The notes beneath the pieces were generated by a model. The model worked only from the letters and a program-made list of their open reading frames with translations, did no database searches and was not told the DNA's origin. The position numbers were made by a program, and so were the translations under genes. 64,000 bases of DNA from Alloascoidea hylecoeti (Eukaryota), in NCBI GenBank assembly GCA_001600815.1, contig BCKZ01000005.1, forward strand, positions 912,875 to 976,874, given 5' to 3'. Below are positions 40,871 through 51,400 of this stretch, piece after piece. Numbering within the stretch: the first letter of the stretch is position 1; each line of letters opens with the position of its first letter.

Positions 40871-42049
40871 TTACTTTGAGTTTATATTTGAATTTGAGTC
40901 TGAATTTGAATTTGAAGAAATTTCTTTTAATGCAATATTCTTATTATCAACTGCTGCTTCTTCTTCAGTATTAAAAATTTCACCACGTTCGACTTTACGA
41001 ACATACTCTGCCTCTTCTTCTTTTGTTAATCCAGTTTTCTTCCATGGTTTTAAAGTTGTTGCGGTAATTTTACTCTTAATAAATGGTAGATGTCCATTCT
41101 TTTCCTGGAACCACATAAGGTATAAAACAGTTATAACAAATAACCAATATATGTTATAGGAAATAATTGATCCATAAGTACCAGTATTTTGCCATCCTAA
41201 CAAGGCATTAAAGACATCCCAACCATTATCAATTTCAGGATTACAACAGTTGACATGATATACAGCTTGTTTGATATTGTAAGAACCATTTCCAGAACCA
41301 CTTTCAGAAGCATCACCTCCAGTCTTTGTATTGAAAACATAATTCTGGAAAGACCATAAAGCTCTGGAGAATAATCCAGCAGAAATAAGATAAAGAATAC
41401 ATGTTGAAATTACTAAGAAGATTTGTAAAGAGGAAGTCGAACCACCATAATACAAGGCAACACCAACAGCAACACCAGCAATTAATCCACAAATAACAGG
41501 AAGTGGAAATGCAGTTGCAGGGTATGATAAACCAACACCACCAACAAATACAACAGCTTCTAAACCTTCTCGAAGGGTTGTAATAAAAGGTAGGATAAAC
41601 ATTGCATATTTTCTAGTCATTCCACCAAAAGAAAAACTGAATCTTCCTTCTTTCTTTACTTTACTATCGATCAATGCCTTAGCAATTTTAACTCTCCATT
41701 TTTCCTTCATCTTATTGATTCTCAACATAGCAATACCCATGATTGTAATGATGATAGTAGCAATCAAAGAAAAGATACCTTCCCAAAGATCTTCAGATTT
41801 ACTCCAGATATCATTACCTAAACTATAGAAAGTACCAATAAAAGCACCACCTAAAATCAAACAGAGCACCACACCCAAAATTGCTCCCCACCACACCTGT
41901 TTTCGAAGTCTTTTATATATAACAGGATCATCGGTTGCTTTACCTAAACCCTGCTTAAGAAAAGCTAGTAAGACAGAGACGACGATAACTGCCTCTAAAG
42001 TCTCACGAAAGACGATGAAGAAAATTTGAGGTGCAAAAACATTCACCAT
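40871..42049 (-). CDS. FTR1: High-affinity iron permease
   Basis: Two REXLE motifs (FRETLEA, LREGLEA); multiple TM helices; FNALLGWQN. Confidence 0.93.
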   Translation of the reverse strand: MVNVFAPQIFFIVFRETLEAVIVVSVLLAFLKQGLGKATDDPVIYKRLRKQVWWGAILGVVLCLILGGAFIGTFYSLGNDIWSKSEDLWEGIFSLIATIIITIMGIAMLRINKMKEKWRVKIAKALIDSKVKKEGRFSFSFGGMTRKYAMFILPFITTLREGLEAVVFVGGVGLSYPATAFPLPVICGLIAGVAVGVALYYGGSTSSLQIFLVISTCILYLISAGLFSRALWSFQNYVFNTKTGGDASESGSGNGSYNIKQAVYHVNCCNPEIDNGWDVFNALLGWQNTGTYGSIISYNIYWLFVITVLYLMWFQEKNGHLPFIKSKITATTLKPWKKTGLTKEEEAEYVRKVERGEIFNTEEEAAVDNKNIALKEISSNSNSDSNSNINSK

Positions 42050-42155
42050 TTTTCAAATAATGGACAGAACTGTGAAGAAGAGAAACGAAAGAAAGAAAGA
42101 AGGAAGAAAAGTTCTTTAAATAAGGCATTTGCAATTGATGAAAAAAAATTGATCG

Positions 42156-42164
42156 ATCTGATAA
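42156..42164 (+). promoter_or_regulatory. ATCTGATAA site for an iron-responsive GATA repressor (SreA/Sfu1/Fep1 type)
   Basis: Exact ATCWGATAA consensus about 110 bp upstream of the FTR1 ATG. Confidence 0.65.
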
Positions 42165-43625
42165 TCTCTTAAACCGGAAATGAACAAGGTTTATTTAAGC
42201 CTACTTGGTGACACTAATATGCGTAAGGCTTCATTGCATGAGTCTGTGATTGGCTCCCAGATTGAATTTATTATGCAATCTAATCAATTTCATCAGCGCC
42301 AAGGAAGCTTAAAAATAAATAAGAAAAGCTTTTTTCATCTTAGTTTTACTTGGCGAAAAAGCCTCATTTAAAAACTTTTATTCAATATCTTATTTCTTAT
42401 TTGCTTTTTTTACCATCAAAGAATATCGAAAACTATTTCAATCCTTTTTTAAATTAATCTATAGTAGCTATTTTTAAGGGATTTTTAAGGGATGTAGCTA
42501 TCTCTATATGTTGCATCCTAATATGTGATGCCACATTCCCGATCCTTTCTAATTTCACCGTAAATTACATGACCGCGAGACTTTTTTTGTATTTTATATA
42601 ACTTGTGTGAATCACGATCATTTTATATAGCGATCCGAACATTAAGCAATAGAGAAGGCCACTATCTTGATTATAAATATTTCTTAAATAATGGGGTGAT
42701 ACACATGTATGACTGGTTCGAACTTCGAAGACTTTTGTGCTTGAATCTTATGTGGTAATTGCATGTCTTTTTAAGATGTATGACAATATTTAGTGCGCTA
42801 CCAAATATTTATATCTAGTTGCTAAATAACTACATAATTAATTACATGCAAATGTCAACCTTAATTATGAAGTTCAAAGTACAAATAGATCTACATATTT
42901 GCAAATTTTAGAAGTTTATAAAATTAGAGAAATTGTTTTGATGTATTTGAATACATGATATCATGGTTAAATTAAACATTTTATAAAGAAACTTTATAGG
43001 ATAAGTTATGTATAAATTTTTCATTCACCAAATTTCAATAACAATTGCGAATTCAGAAAATCATCTTGAAATATGCTGCATCCCGTAAAACTTAGCTTCT
43101 TGAAACACCCAACTTTAACCAAAAATAGCCAACATTAAGATCCAATCACTATTTGCATGTTAGAGCAACCAAGAAAAAGGGAGAATACCGAAATATGTAT
43201 CATTTAAACACCGTATATTTAATTAACACTAATCCACCCATCGAATATACCTCTCAAAAATACCGAATTCGCAATGAAATTAGTATAAAACAATATGTCA
43301 AAGTTAATTTTAATTTTCACTATAATTCAAAAAGTGATATTGGAAATCTAATATTTATATAAATGGTATTCTTGAACCCCAGCTATATTTAATATTGGTT
43401 ATTTCCATAAACCCTTCAGAGATTTTTTGATTTAAGTTTTATAGAAAATGATACGAAAAAGGACTAATTTTTGTTTTAGATGAAACAGAGCCAAACCCAA
43501 CATTTGGGAGAGCAGGAGAAAAGTTATATAAGGATGAGAAAGCGATTTCAAAGTTAGTACTGAAGTAGTACGCATGTCCGATAATTCTGTGGCTAACAAT
43601 GATTGATATAGTTTTAAAGGGTATG

Positions 43626-44498
43626 ATTACTGTGGAACTTGATTCTGAAAGTAGAACTGGTGTGGGTAACTCGATGTAGATATTAATGGGTCAGTCATAG
43701 ACAGTAAAGAGGTGGAGGGTGTAATATCAGTGGTAAGTGTGGAAGACGAGGTAGTAAATACAGGAGATGGTGTTGAAGGTAGTAAAGAATCAGTACAAGC
43801 GGTGAGTTCATTATTTGAAGTAGTGCATTCGAAGATGGTACAGAATCAGTACCGGGTAAGTGTATTGGTTGAAGTGGTATCTTCTGGAGATGGCAAAGAG
43901 CCAGAATCAGTAGTAAGTATATTAGTATCAGTATTGTATTCTGGAGATGGTACTGAACTTGTTGGTATTGAAATTGGTACAGAATCAATATCAGTAGTGA
44001 GTGTATTAGTAGTAGTAGTGTAGTCTGGATATGGTACTGAACTTGGTAATAATAGAGCACTGGTGTTGAAATTTTAACAGGGGAGAACTTGGACTAGTAG
44101 GAAGAATAAAACTTGATACTGAGCTTGAACTTGATAGAGTGATCTCTGGAACTTGCGAAGGTACGTAACTCGATAAAGTAAAATTAGAATAATTTGAAGT
44201 TGAAATTGGTAATATATCTGATGGTGTTGTCCTCGAAAAGGTGACTGATGGAGGTTCTGAATTAGACATTGAACTTAATGGCACTGAAATTCCAACCTCA
44301 CTGCTGGAAGCGTTTGATGATGGTGGAAGCACGCAGTGCTTAATACAATATCCTAGTGAAGTGTAAGTTGTATAAACAACGTCACAAATTTGTTCTCCAT
44401 AACGACCTGTGCGCCATTCACTAACACAGTGACCAACTTCTACCACAACTGGTGCAATACATGTCTTTGCCATCACCTAATAAGTCTTAACCAAAGCA
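43626..44498 (-). pseudogene. Frameshifted Ser/Thr/Pro-rich cell-surface (adhesin-like) gene with a Cys-rich N-terminal domain
   Basis: Broken signal-like start (MTFLLWLRLI / VMAKTC); 5-Cys head; S/T/P stalk with repeats like SVPSPEyTTxTNTLTTDxD continuing across at least 3 frameshifts. Confidence 0.6.
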
Positions 44499-44949
44499 AG
44501 AAAGTCATTAACCCTTTAATTTATTCTGTTGATCTATAAGAGTTTATCATAAACAGCGTATGATTTCAATCCCAAGTTAGTTCTGCTTCCTTTTAATCTG
44601 ATTAAAGTAATGTTGTCCTTAACATATGGAGGATTTGTAAACTTGACATTCTTAAACATCTCAATTATAAGTAGCATAATTTAACAAATTACTATAGCAG
44701 GTAATTAATATCATTTAATAAATCATACAAAAATAAGGGTTTCTAATTATAAGATTAAGAGAGAGTAACTATATATATTCATTTCGATGGCCTGCATTAA
44801 TGGTTGTTGGTGTATTTTTTGATAGTTGGATTAGAAGTATGATACATGTGATAGGGGTATAGATGACGGAAGAATAAATACACTCTAAATCTCTCGGAAC
44901 ATTGAGATTAGATTTTACGGCATCTTAAAATTATATGGCAATTTTATCC

Positions 44950-45180
44950 ATTTACCTGTTGGCATAATCGTAATAATTAAATTATAAAGTCTCTGGTTTT
45001 ACCGGGCTTTTACTGGTGAGTTGTTCGTAGCTACCCTTAAGCTTGATGGATAGAAATTATGTATGAGATTTCTTGGCTATGGAGTTGAAATTTTTGAAAA
45101 GAGAATACAAACTTATACCGGTATTTGATCCCAAGCAAGGAAAATTTCGTACCTACTACGTACCTGATAAAAGCTAGTTA
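44950..45180 (+). mobile_element. Ty1/copia-type pol relic (integrase C-terminal SH3-like region)
   Basis: PFTCWHNR...LPG/FTGELFVATLKLDG*KLCMRFLGYG, then after a frameshift VFDPKQGKF; resembles the copia pattern PYE.W.G...FG...KL....C.FLGY...Y..YDP. Confidence 0.5.
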
Positions 45181-45795
45181 TAGAAAGATAACAAACAGAA
45201 ATGATTACGTATATATCAATATCTTACTCAAGAAAATATAAAAGTTTTTTTTTTCCCCGAATAACTACGAGTATAATATATTTTTTCATCATATATGAAT
45301 AGTTACAAAGTTAAAGTTACATCTACTACATGTGTGCCAACCGTTATGACGATATGATTTAATTTAACTTAAGAAACAACTGTAGCTAAATATTCGGGCC
45401 TATTTCAACATGAAAAATAACTAATTATAAGGCTACAATATATACACCTATATTTAGTAGGCGGAACAATAGCCAACCTCGATAGTATTTGGCCTAGCCG
45501 TAGGTAAAATCAATTGTCGTCTCATTCATCTTTCCTCCCTTAAGCTTTCGAATTATATTCTCAATTATAAGCTTGATAAGTGATTGCTTTTCTATCTGTG
45601 TCTTTGATATCGGTCAAGATTTTTTCTAATCTCTCGATATATTATACTTTCCTTTATCAGCTTAGGTGAAAACATAATTTATTAATAGTTCTACTATAGT
45701 TATATATAACTTATACGTATGTAAAATAAATATCTAAATATACTTATTGATGGGTAATCAAATAACTTCGACATATTACTCGAAAATTGCAACTC

Positions 45796-48700
45796 CTACA
45801 TGTTCCAACCTCTCACAAATTTTGTAACTAATCCAGAGCTTATCACATCATCAAATTCCTTCAAGGAAGGTGATACTAATTCCGTGCTTTTAGTGATGAA
45901 TTCTGGAATCAAAAAATCATTTCCTTGGCCATACAGTTTTTTATAATGATCTAATAATTTGATAGTTGGATTAACTTTAGGATTATTAGTACTACCTTCT
46001 AATCTCTTTAACCATTCGTTGACTTTAACAACTTCAAATTGCAACCCGGCATCCTTCTTCAAAGCTGGAAGTAAATCATTTGTCCAACTAAATAACTTTG
46101 GAGTCGTAACATTATAAACCACTTCTGGACTATAAATTCCTTGAGATTTTTCCTTAACTTCTCCTGAAAATAAGATATCTAAAAGAACATCCGCAACAAC
46201 ATCAACAGGGGTCCAGGATAAAGATTTGTGTAATGCTGGGAGAGCCTTTAAAATTTTAACACTCTGAATAATCAAAGGAAACGCTTCAGTACTATTCCAA
46301 ATACCATTCTTTGAATCTCCTACGATTTGTCCAATACGAGCTGATCTCGCAAATATCCCAGTTTGTGCACATGCATTCTTCAAAATATGTTCACACACCA
46401 ATTTTGACTTTCCATATCCCATAACAGCAGATCTTGATAAGTTATTGATAGTAGATTCCGGAATAGGAGAAGGACAAGCCAATGCAGTAGAGATAGAAGA
46501 ACAAAAAACAAGTTTAGCTTCCATCTTCGAACTTAAACATAATTTTACTAAGTCGGAAACAAATTTTATATGCGGTTCAAAGAACTCAAGACCATAATTA
46601 AAATTAACTGGCCAAGCAATATGAACAACAGAAGTCAAATGTCTAGTTGAATCAGGTGCGTAGAAAAGTAGAGTTCTCTCCAAGTTATAATTGATTTCAG
46701 TTGACATGGACACATCAAACGGAATAGGTGAAACCTTTTCTAACTCTGATGAGGTTGGTCTATTAATTTTGCGAGCTTCAAAGCTTTTCAAGATTCTCTC
46801 CATTCCATCTTTTGTATTATTTGCTCTAACAATGCAATAAACCTTAACAACCTTTTTATTTTTCAATAACCTTTCCAACGTAAATGCACCTAAAGAACCT
46901 GTTGAACCTGTGAGAAGAATATATTCATTATCATCAGAGTTATCTTTTTCTTTCAAATTAGAATAAGCCGAGAAATCTGAGTACTTATCAATGAGAGTTT
47001 GGATTGACACCACAACATCTTCACTAGTTTGAGAAGATGACTTTGCAGAAACATTGTCATGGGTTAAATCATACACATGTTGTGACAACTTCTCAATATT
47101 AGAATAGTCATAAACCACATTTCTATTTACCTTTCTGGTCAATTCTCTGTGTATATGCCCCCAAACAGTAATTGCTTGTAAACTATCAATACCTTCTTTA
47201 TATAAGTTTGTTGAAGTTGATACAATAGGATGCCCAATATCTATAAAAATCTTCAAAATGTAGTCTTCTATATCCTTAAGTGACATTGCTTTTATTTTAT
47301 TATCATCAATTGAAAATTCTTCTTCAGCATTCTTATAGACCTCTTCAATCTCAGCTTCAAACTTTTTATAGAAAAGGTTTCTTTGTATGTTTCCCTTCAT
47401 AGTCATAGGATATTCAGTATCTGCTCTCAAAATTTTAATCATTCCCCTCATGATGTGAGAAAATTGTTCAACTTTCTTGTTTGTTTCCTGAAAAACTGGC
47501 CACAACTCGTTCAAAATTTCTTCTTCTGGTTTGCCAATACAGTTTGGAATAATAAAAGCACCCGGAACCTCTTTGCCGATTCCAAAAATAACACAGTCCT
47601 TCACTAATGGATGAGATCTAATTTCATTTTCAATAGGAACAGTCAATACTTTTTCACCTGTTGATAATGTAACTCTATCATCTTTTCTACCTTCAAATTT
47701 ATACCAATTGTGTTTTGGGTGTTTAGTGAATAAATCTCGTGTATTGAAACCACCATCTTCTGTATTGCGTACTGAAATATATGGGCAGTTTGGTAACAAG
47801 CAAAATTCATAGGTCCCATCCCCTTGATCAACAAAAGTGGTACAATCCCTCAAGCTAGGAATAATAGATAACCAATTCCATTCATTGTAAATGCATTTAT
47901 AACTTGTCATAGAACCCCCAAATTCCGAAGATCCATAAACACTTTGAATTTGAGTTCCAAGAGATACAATTTTGTTGCCAATAGATTCAGGAAGATTTGC
48001 TCCACCATAGGATATCAATTTCAAACTTTGAATCGCTTCATTTCCCTTTTCTGCTTCAAAAAGCATCATCAATATATATGGGACACAAATCAAATGATCA
48101 ATACCCAGACCCAAAATTGATTCCACAGCATTATTTCCTGTTACTGGCAAATTATAGTTAGAAAGAAAAACAGTAGATATTGTTCCAAACGTGGTAACAA
48201 CATAAAGAAATCCTAAAAGATGAAACAATGGTACTGTTATCAATGTATTCCCTTTAGAAAAATTAAATTTAATGCTATTTAGAACGGTTCTGTTTGACAT
48301 AGTAATAAGTTTTGGGAAACCAGTGGATCCCGAAGAATGGAGAAAACAGCAACATCTATCCTTTAATAAGTCTTTTGATTCAACGTGAGAAGCGCTGAAG
48401 TCCTGAGCCTTTTCAATATTTTCCAAAACACTAAATTCTTCAAAGGAAGCTGGTGATATCAATTCAACATTTGGTCTTAACCTCTTGCATGCATTAACGA
48501 TTGAGTCAAGTCCTTTAGTTACCATCACATTACTATTCATACCTTTAAGCATATTTAAAACTATTTCCCCACTAAGCCTTGTTGACGTCAATAAGGGAGT
48601 GTAACCAAGACGAGTCAGAGCAAATTGATTGATCATTAATTCGAAACCACTAGGTAGCAAGAGACAAACACCAACTTTTTTTGTATTTCTATTTTTTAAA

Positions 48701-48918
48701 GGCACTGGAGGAAGACCTCTCTTGCTTAACAAAGTGGCAGCAGAATCAATCCACTGATTGAACTCTGTAGCTGAAACTGATCTGTAGTCGGTTAGTGTAT
48801 TTTCATTTGTAGGAATTGACAACATTGGCCTTGATCCATAAAATTTTGGGAGGAGTTTCAAAAACTCATCATTGGTAGAAATATCATATGAGTCTAAAAT
48901 TGAGCTTGAAACTGTCAT
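45796..48918 (-). CDS. NRPS-like adenylate-forming carboxylic acid reductase (A-T-R)
   Basis: A domain HSSGSTGFPK, PLFH, YGSSEFG, TRDLF, GRKDD; carrier domain GIDSLQ; reductase LTGSTGSLG, GYGKSK, RIGQIVGD; ~1040 aa, no intron; first ATG at 48918. Confidence 0.9.
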   Translation of the reverse strand: MTVSSSILDSYDISTNDEFLKLLPKFYGSRPMLSIPTNENTLTDYRSVSATEFNQWIDSAATLLSKRGLPPVPLKNRNTKKVGVCLLLPSGFELMINQFALTRLGYTPLLTSTRLSGEIVLNMLKGMNSNVMVTKGLDSIVNACKRLRPNVELISPASFEEFSVLENIEKAQDFSASHVESKDLLKDRCCCFLHSSGSTGFPKLITMSNRTVLNSIKFNFSKGNTLITVPLFHLLGFLYVVTTFGTISTVFLSNYNLPVTGNNAVESILGLGIDHLICVPYILMMLFEAEKGNEAIQSLKLISYGGANLPESIGNKIVSLGTQIQSVYGSSEFGGSMTSYKCIYNEWNWLSIIPSLRDCTTFVDQGDGTYEFCLLPNCPYISVRNTEDGGFNTRDLFTKHPKHNWYKFEGRKDDRVTLSTGEKVLTVPIENEIRSHPLVKDCVIFGIGKEVPGAFIIPNCIGKPEEEILNELWPVFQETNKKVEQFSHIMRGMIKILRADTEYPMTMKGNIQRNLFYKKFEAEIEEVYKNAEEEFSIDDNKIKAMSLKDIEDYILKIFIDIGHPIVSTSTNLYKEGIDSLQAITVWGHIHRELTRKVNRNVVYDYSNIEKLSQHVYDLTHDNVSAKSSSQTSEDVVVSIQTLIDKYSDFSAYSNLKEKDNSDDNEYILLTGSTGSLGAFTLERLLKNKKVVKVYCIVRANNTKDGMERILKSFEARKINRPTSSELEKVSPIPFDVSMSTEINYNLERTLLFYAPDSTRHLTSVVHIAWPVNFNYGLEFFEPHIKFVSDLVKLCLSSKMEAKLVFCSSISTALACPSPIPESTINNLSRSAVMGYGKSKLVCEHILKNACAQTGIFARSARIGQIVGDSKNGIWNSTEAFPLIIQSVKILKALPALHKSLSWTPVDVVADVLLDILFSGEVKEKSQGIYSPEVVYNVTTPKLFSWTNDLLPALKKDAGLQFEVVKVNEWLKRLEGSTNNPKVNPTIKLLDHYKKLYGQGNDFLIPEFITKSTELVSPSLKEFDDVISSGLVTKFVRGWNM

Positions 48919-50304
48919 TTTTGGACGCAAATTAGAGGTTTTGTAATAAGAAAAATGGATTTATAACTTAATCAGCTAAGAAACTTATTGAACTTGTTTC
49001 TGAACAATTGTAATGAAATTAGGAGAATACTAGAGTATTTATAGATTTAAACTGTATATCAATTGTTAAATATATTGGTAGAGACGGGTGCGATTGAGCG
49101 GTTTATCTACATCATGATTATTACGAACTCTTACTATAGTAGTTCCGTAGCTATAATAATATTGATAAAAGAATTATATGTATATTTTGATTTGAAATAC
49201 TCACAGGTACAATTTGATTGATACCATTTCTTCACAGCTGCAGAACTAATTTTATGTTTTGTATGCAACAGATTTCTTCTTTTAAGTATACAGTATTCCA
49301 TATATATCAATTGTAATTGAATACTTTTTATAATTACAGCTTTATGACTCCTTCATAAGATTTTCTAGTACCGAAGATAGCTTAAGTTAAAGTTTTACTT
49401 ATAAATATTTGTTATCGAACTCAAGCATGTTATACGTGTATTGACTAATATATCAATATTATAAACCAATATATATATAGTTCTAATGATATTAATTGAC
49501 ACCATGCTTGGTCATCGGATATATCGATGCTCATATAATTATAAGTAGATCAACGGCAAATATGTAACTTTCGCCGACAGTTAGTTTCAGTCGAACATAT
49601 ATGTTGGGATTGTTCTATTAATCTTTCTACAATATTCATCATGCTACAATTAATATTGCAAGTTTATCATCGAAAATGTATATTGTACAAAATATGCATG
49701 GCCACGGTTAATCTCAATTATAATATATATGATTGATTTCAAAGTTTCTAATTGATAATAATAGCATATAAGTGTATATTATATAAACTCTTTATATATT
49801 TATCATTATAAATACTTATATATATATATTCGATACAATAATGCATATATACAATCAATCACTTAATCATAAGCTTAAGCTTGCACGAATTACCTTAATA
49901 AATACTCTTTATAAATAAGTATCATTCATGTCAACTCACTGGTTGATATGGCTAAAACTCGAACTATTACCTTACGGGTTGATATTCGTAGATGATACAG
50001 AGCTATATGGATCAAACTACTCGCAACTATTACTAGCGGCTCAATAGTAGATCTGGAATCAATTAATACAAGGATGTTTCATTTGTAGCATCTATTTTAT
50101 GTACCAAACTCAATATTTCTGGAATAAGTAATAAATATAAAATGCAGTTGCAATTGCAAGTAACTTATCGTAAGGCATTGGCTAATGTATATTAAAGCGG
50201 AAAATTCTAACAATATAAGCTTCTAAGACATATTCGTAATAATAAATAATCATATTCAGCAGCTGCAATTATTCAGTGTCAGGACTCAGGAACTTATTTA
50301 GATA

Positions 50305-50358
50305 CAGTTATTTCACTTAATTTAGGCCATCCTGACTAATAATTAAGTGAAATAACTA
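50305..50358. mobile_element. 54-bp minimal MITE (TIR pair only)
   Basis: TA|CAGTTATTTCACTTAATT ... AATTAAGTGAAATAACTA|TA; 18-bp inverted repeat with one terminal mismatch. Confidence 0.75.
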
Positions 50359-51145
50359 TATACCGGTATGTGTGTTCATATCACGTATTAATTTAAATGA
50401 AATATTAATATTTATTTGAGGCGATTTTAGAGCTATCATATAACTTATACCTATACGTTTGTCAAAACATCATAATTGCTATTAATATATATCAAGTATC
50501 GATTACCTACATTGTCGTTGGAATATTGGAATTGAGCTATAAATATAAGTATATATATAACACTCGTAGTGAAGGATCTATGACAGTTGTAAGAGAATAA
50601 TATAACTACATGTCTCCATTAATGTTAATGATAGTACTAGCACCTTTATTTACTAATGTTTCCCTATACATTTAGGGTAGTTAAATACTCATTATAATGT
50701 ATTGTACATCGGTATACGTATACAGATCCAGCCTTCAATATGTATTACCTTAATTAGCAATCATATATGTTTATATCACACATAATACATTATATACAGT
50801 TTCTGGCCATTTATATACAATATTAATTGTGATTTCCGAATAGACCGATACCAATGATTTCTTTATAAACATTTATATAAGCTTATAAGCCTTACATTAT
50901 ACACGTAGAAGATTTTATAATACGTAGCATACTAGTTTGTAGTAAATTTTTTGTGGTTAGAGTTATTTAATATATATGTATACGTAGTATATATCCAGGT
51001 ATAATATATAGTTATATATATGCTGAATTATACAATTATTTAGAACATTATACATGGATCGATTAGTGGTCATGATATTTCATTTCTTTATAAGTTTCGA
51101 ATTCATATTGGTCTGTCCTGAGGATTACACAGTATATCATACAGC

Positions 51146-51155
51146 ATCACGTGAC
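51146..51155. promoter_or_regulatory. Cbf1-type bHLH site upstream of CSF1
   Basis: ATCACGTGAC about 250 bp upstream of the ATG. Confidence 0.4.
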
Positions 51156-51400
51156 CACACAAAAAGGCACATACTGTATTTGACATTTACTGATATATTA
51201 CTGCTCATCACCAATACCTTTTATCATCAGTATATATTCACAAATAAACACCTTTTCAAAGAGAGTATTTCAATCTAAAACACCCTTCAAGCTCTTTCAA
51301 TAGTGTGCATGCTAGCCTTTTCATTCTATATATTATTACCCGTTTACATAGACAAAGACTAGGGCGAGAACCTACAATATAAGGTATATCATTTTAAAAA

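Noticed and set aside
42710..42730. tRNA T-loop-like GGTTCGAA
   Set aside because: No cloverleaf or A-box in the surrounding sequence
43712..44023. 103-aa Val/Ser-rich + strand ORF
   Set aside because: Antisense shadow of the Thr/Ser-rich pseudogene on the minus strand
45385..45500. Further MITE-like motifs (AATATTCGGGCC, GTATTTGGCC)
   Set aside because: Too degenerate and without a TIR/TA boundary to call
45796..48918. LYS2 alpha-aminoadipate reductase
   Set aside because: About 1040 aa, lacking the Lys2 N-terminal extension and recognisable Lys2-specific sequence
49086..49092. Aft1/2-like CGCACCC site upstream of the A-T-R gene
   Set aside because: A single short match, and Aft-type iron control is not expected in this kind of lineage; insufficient alone
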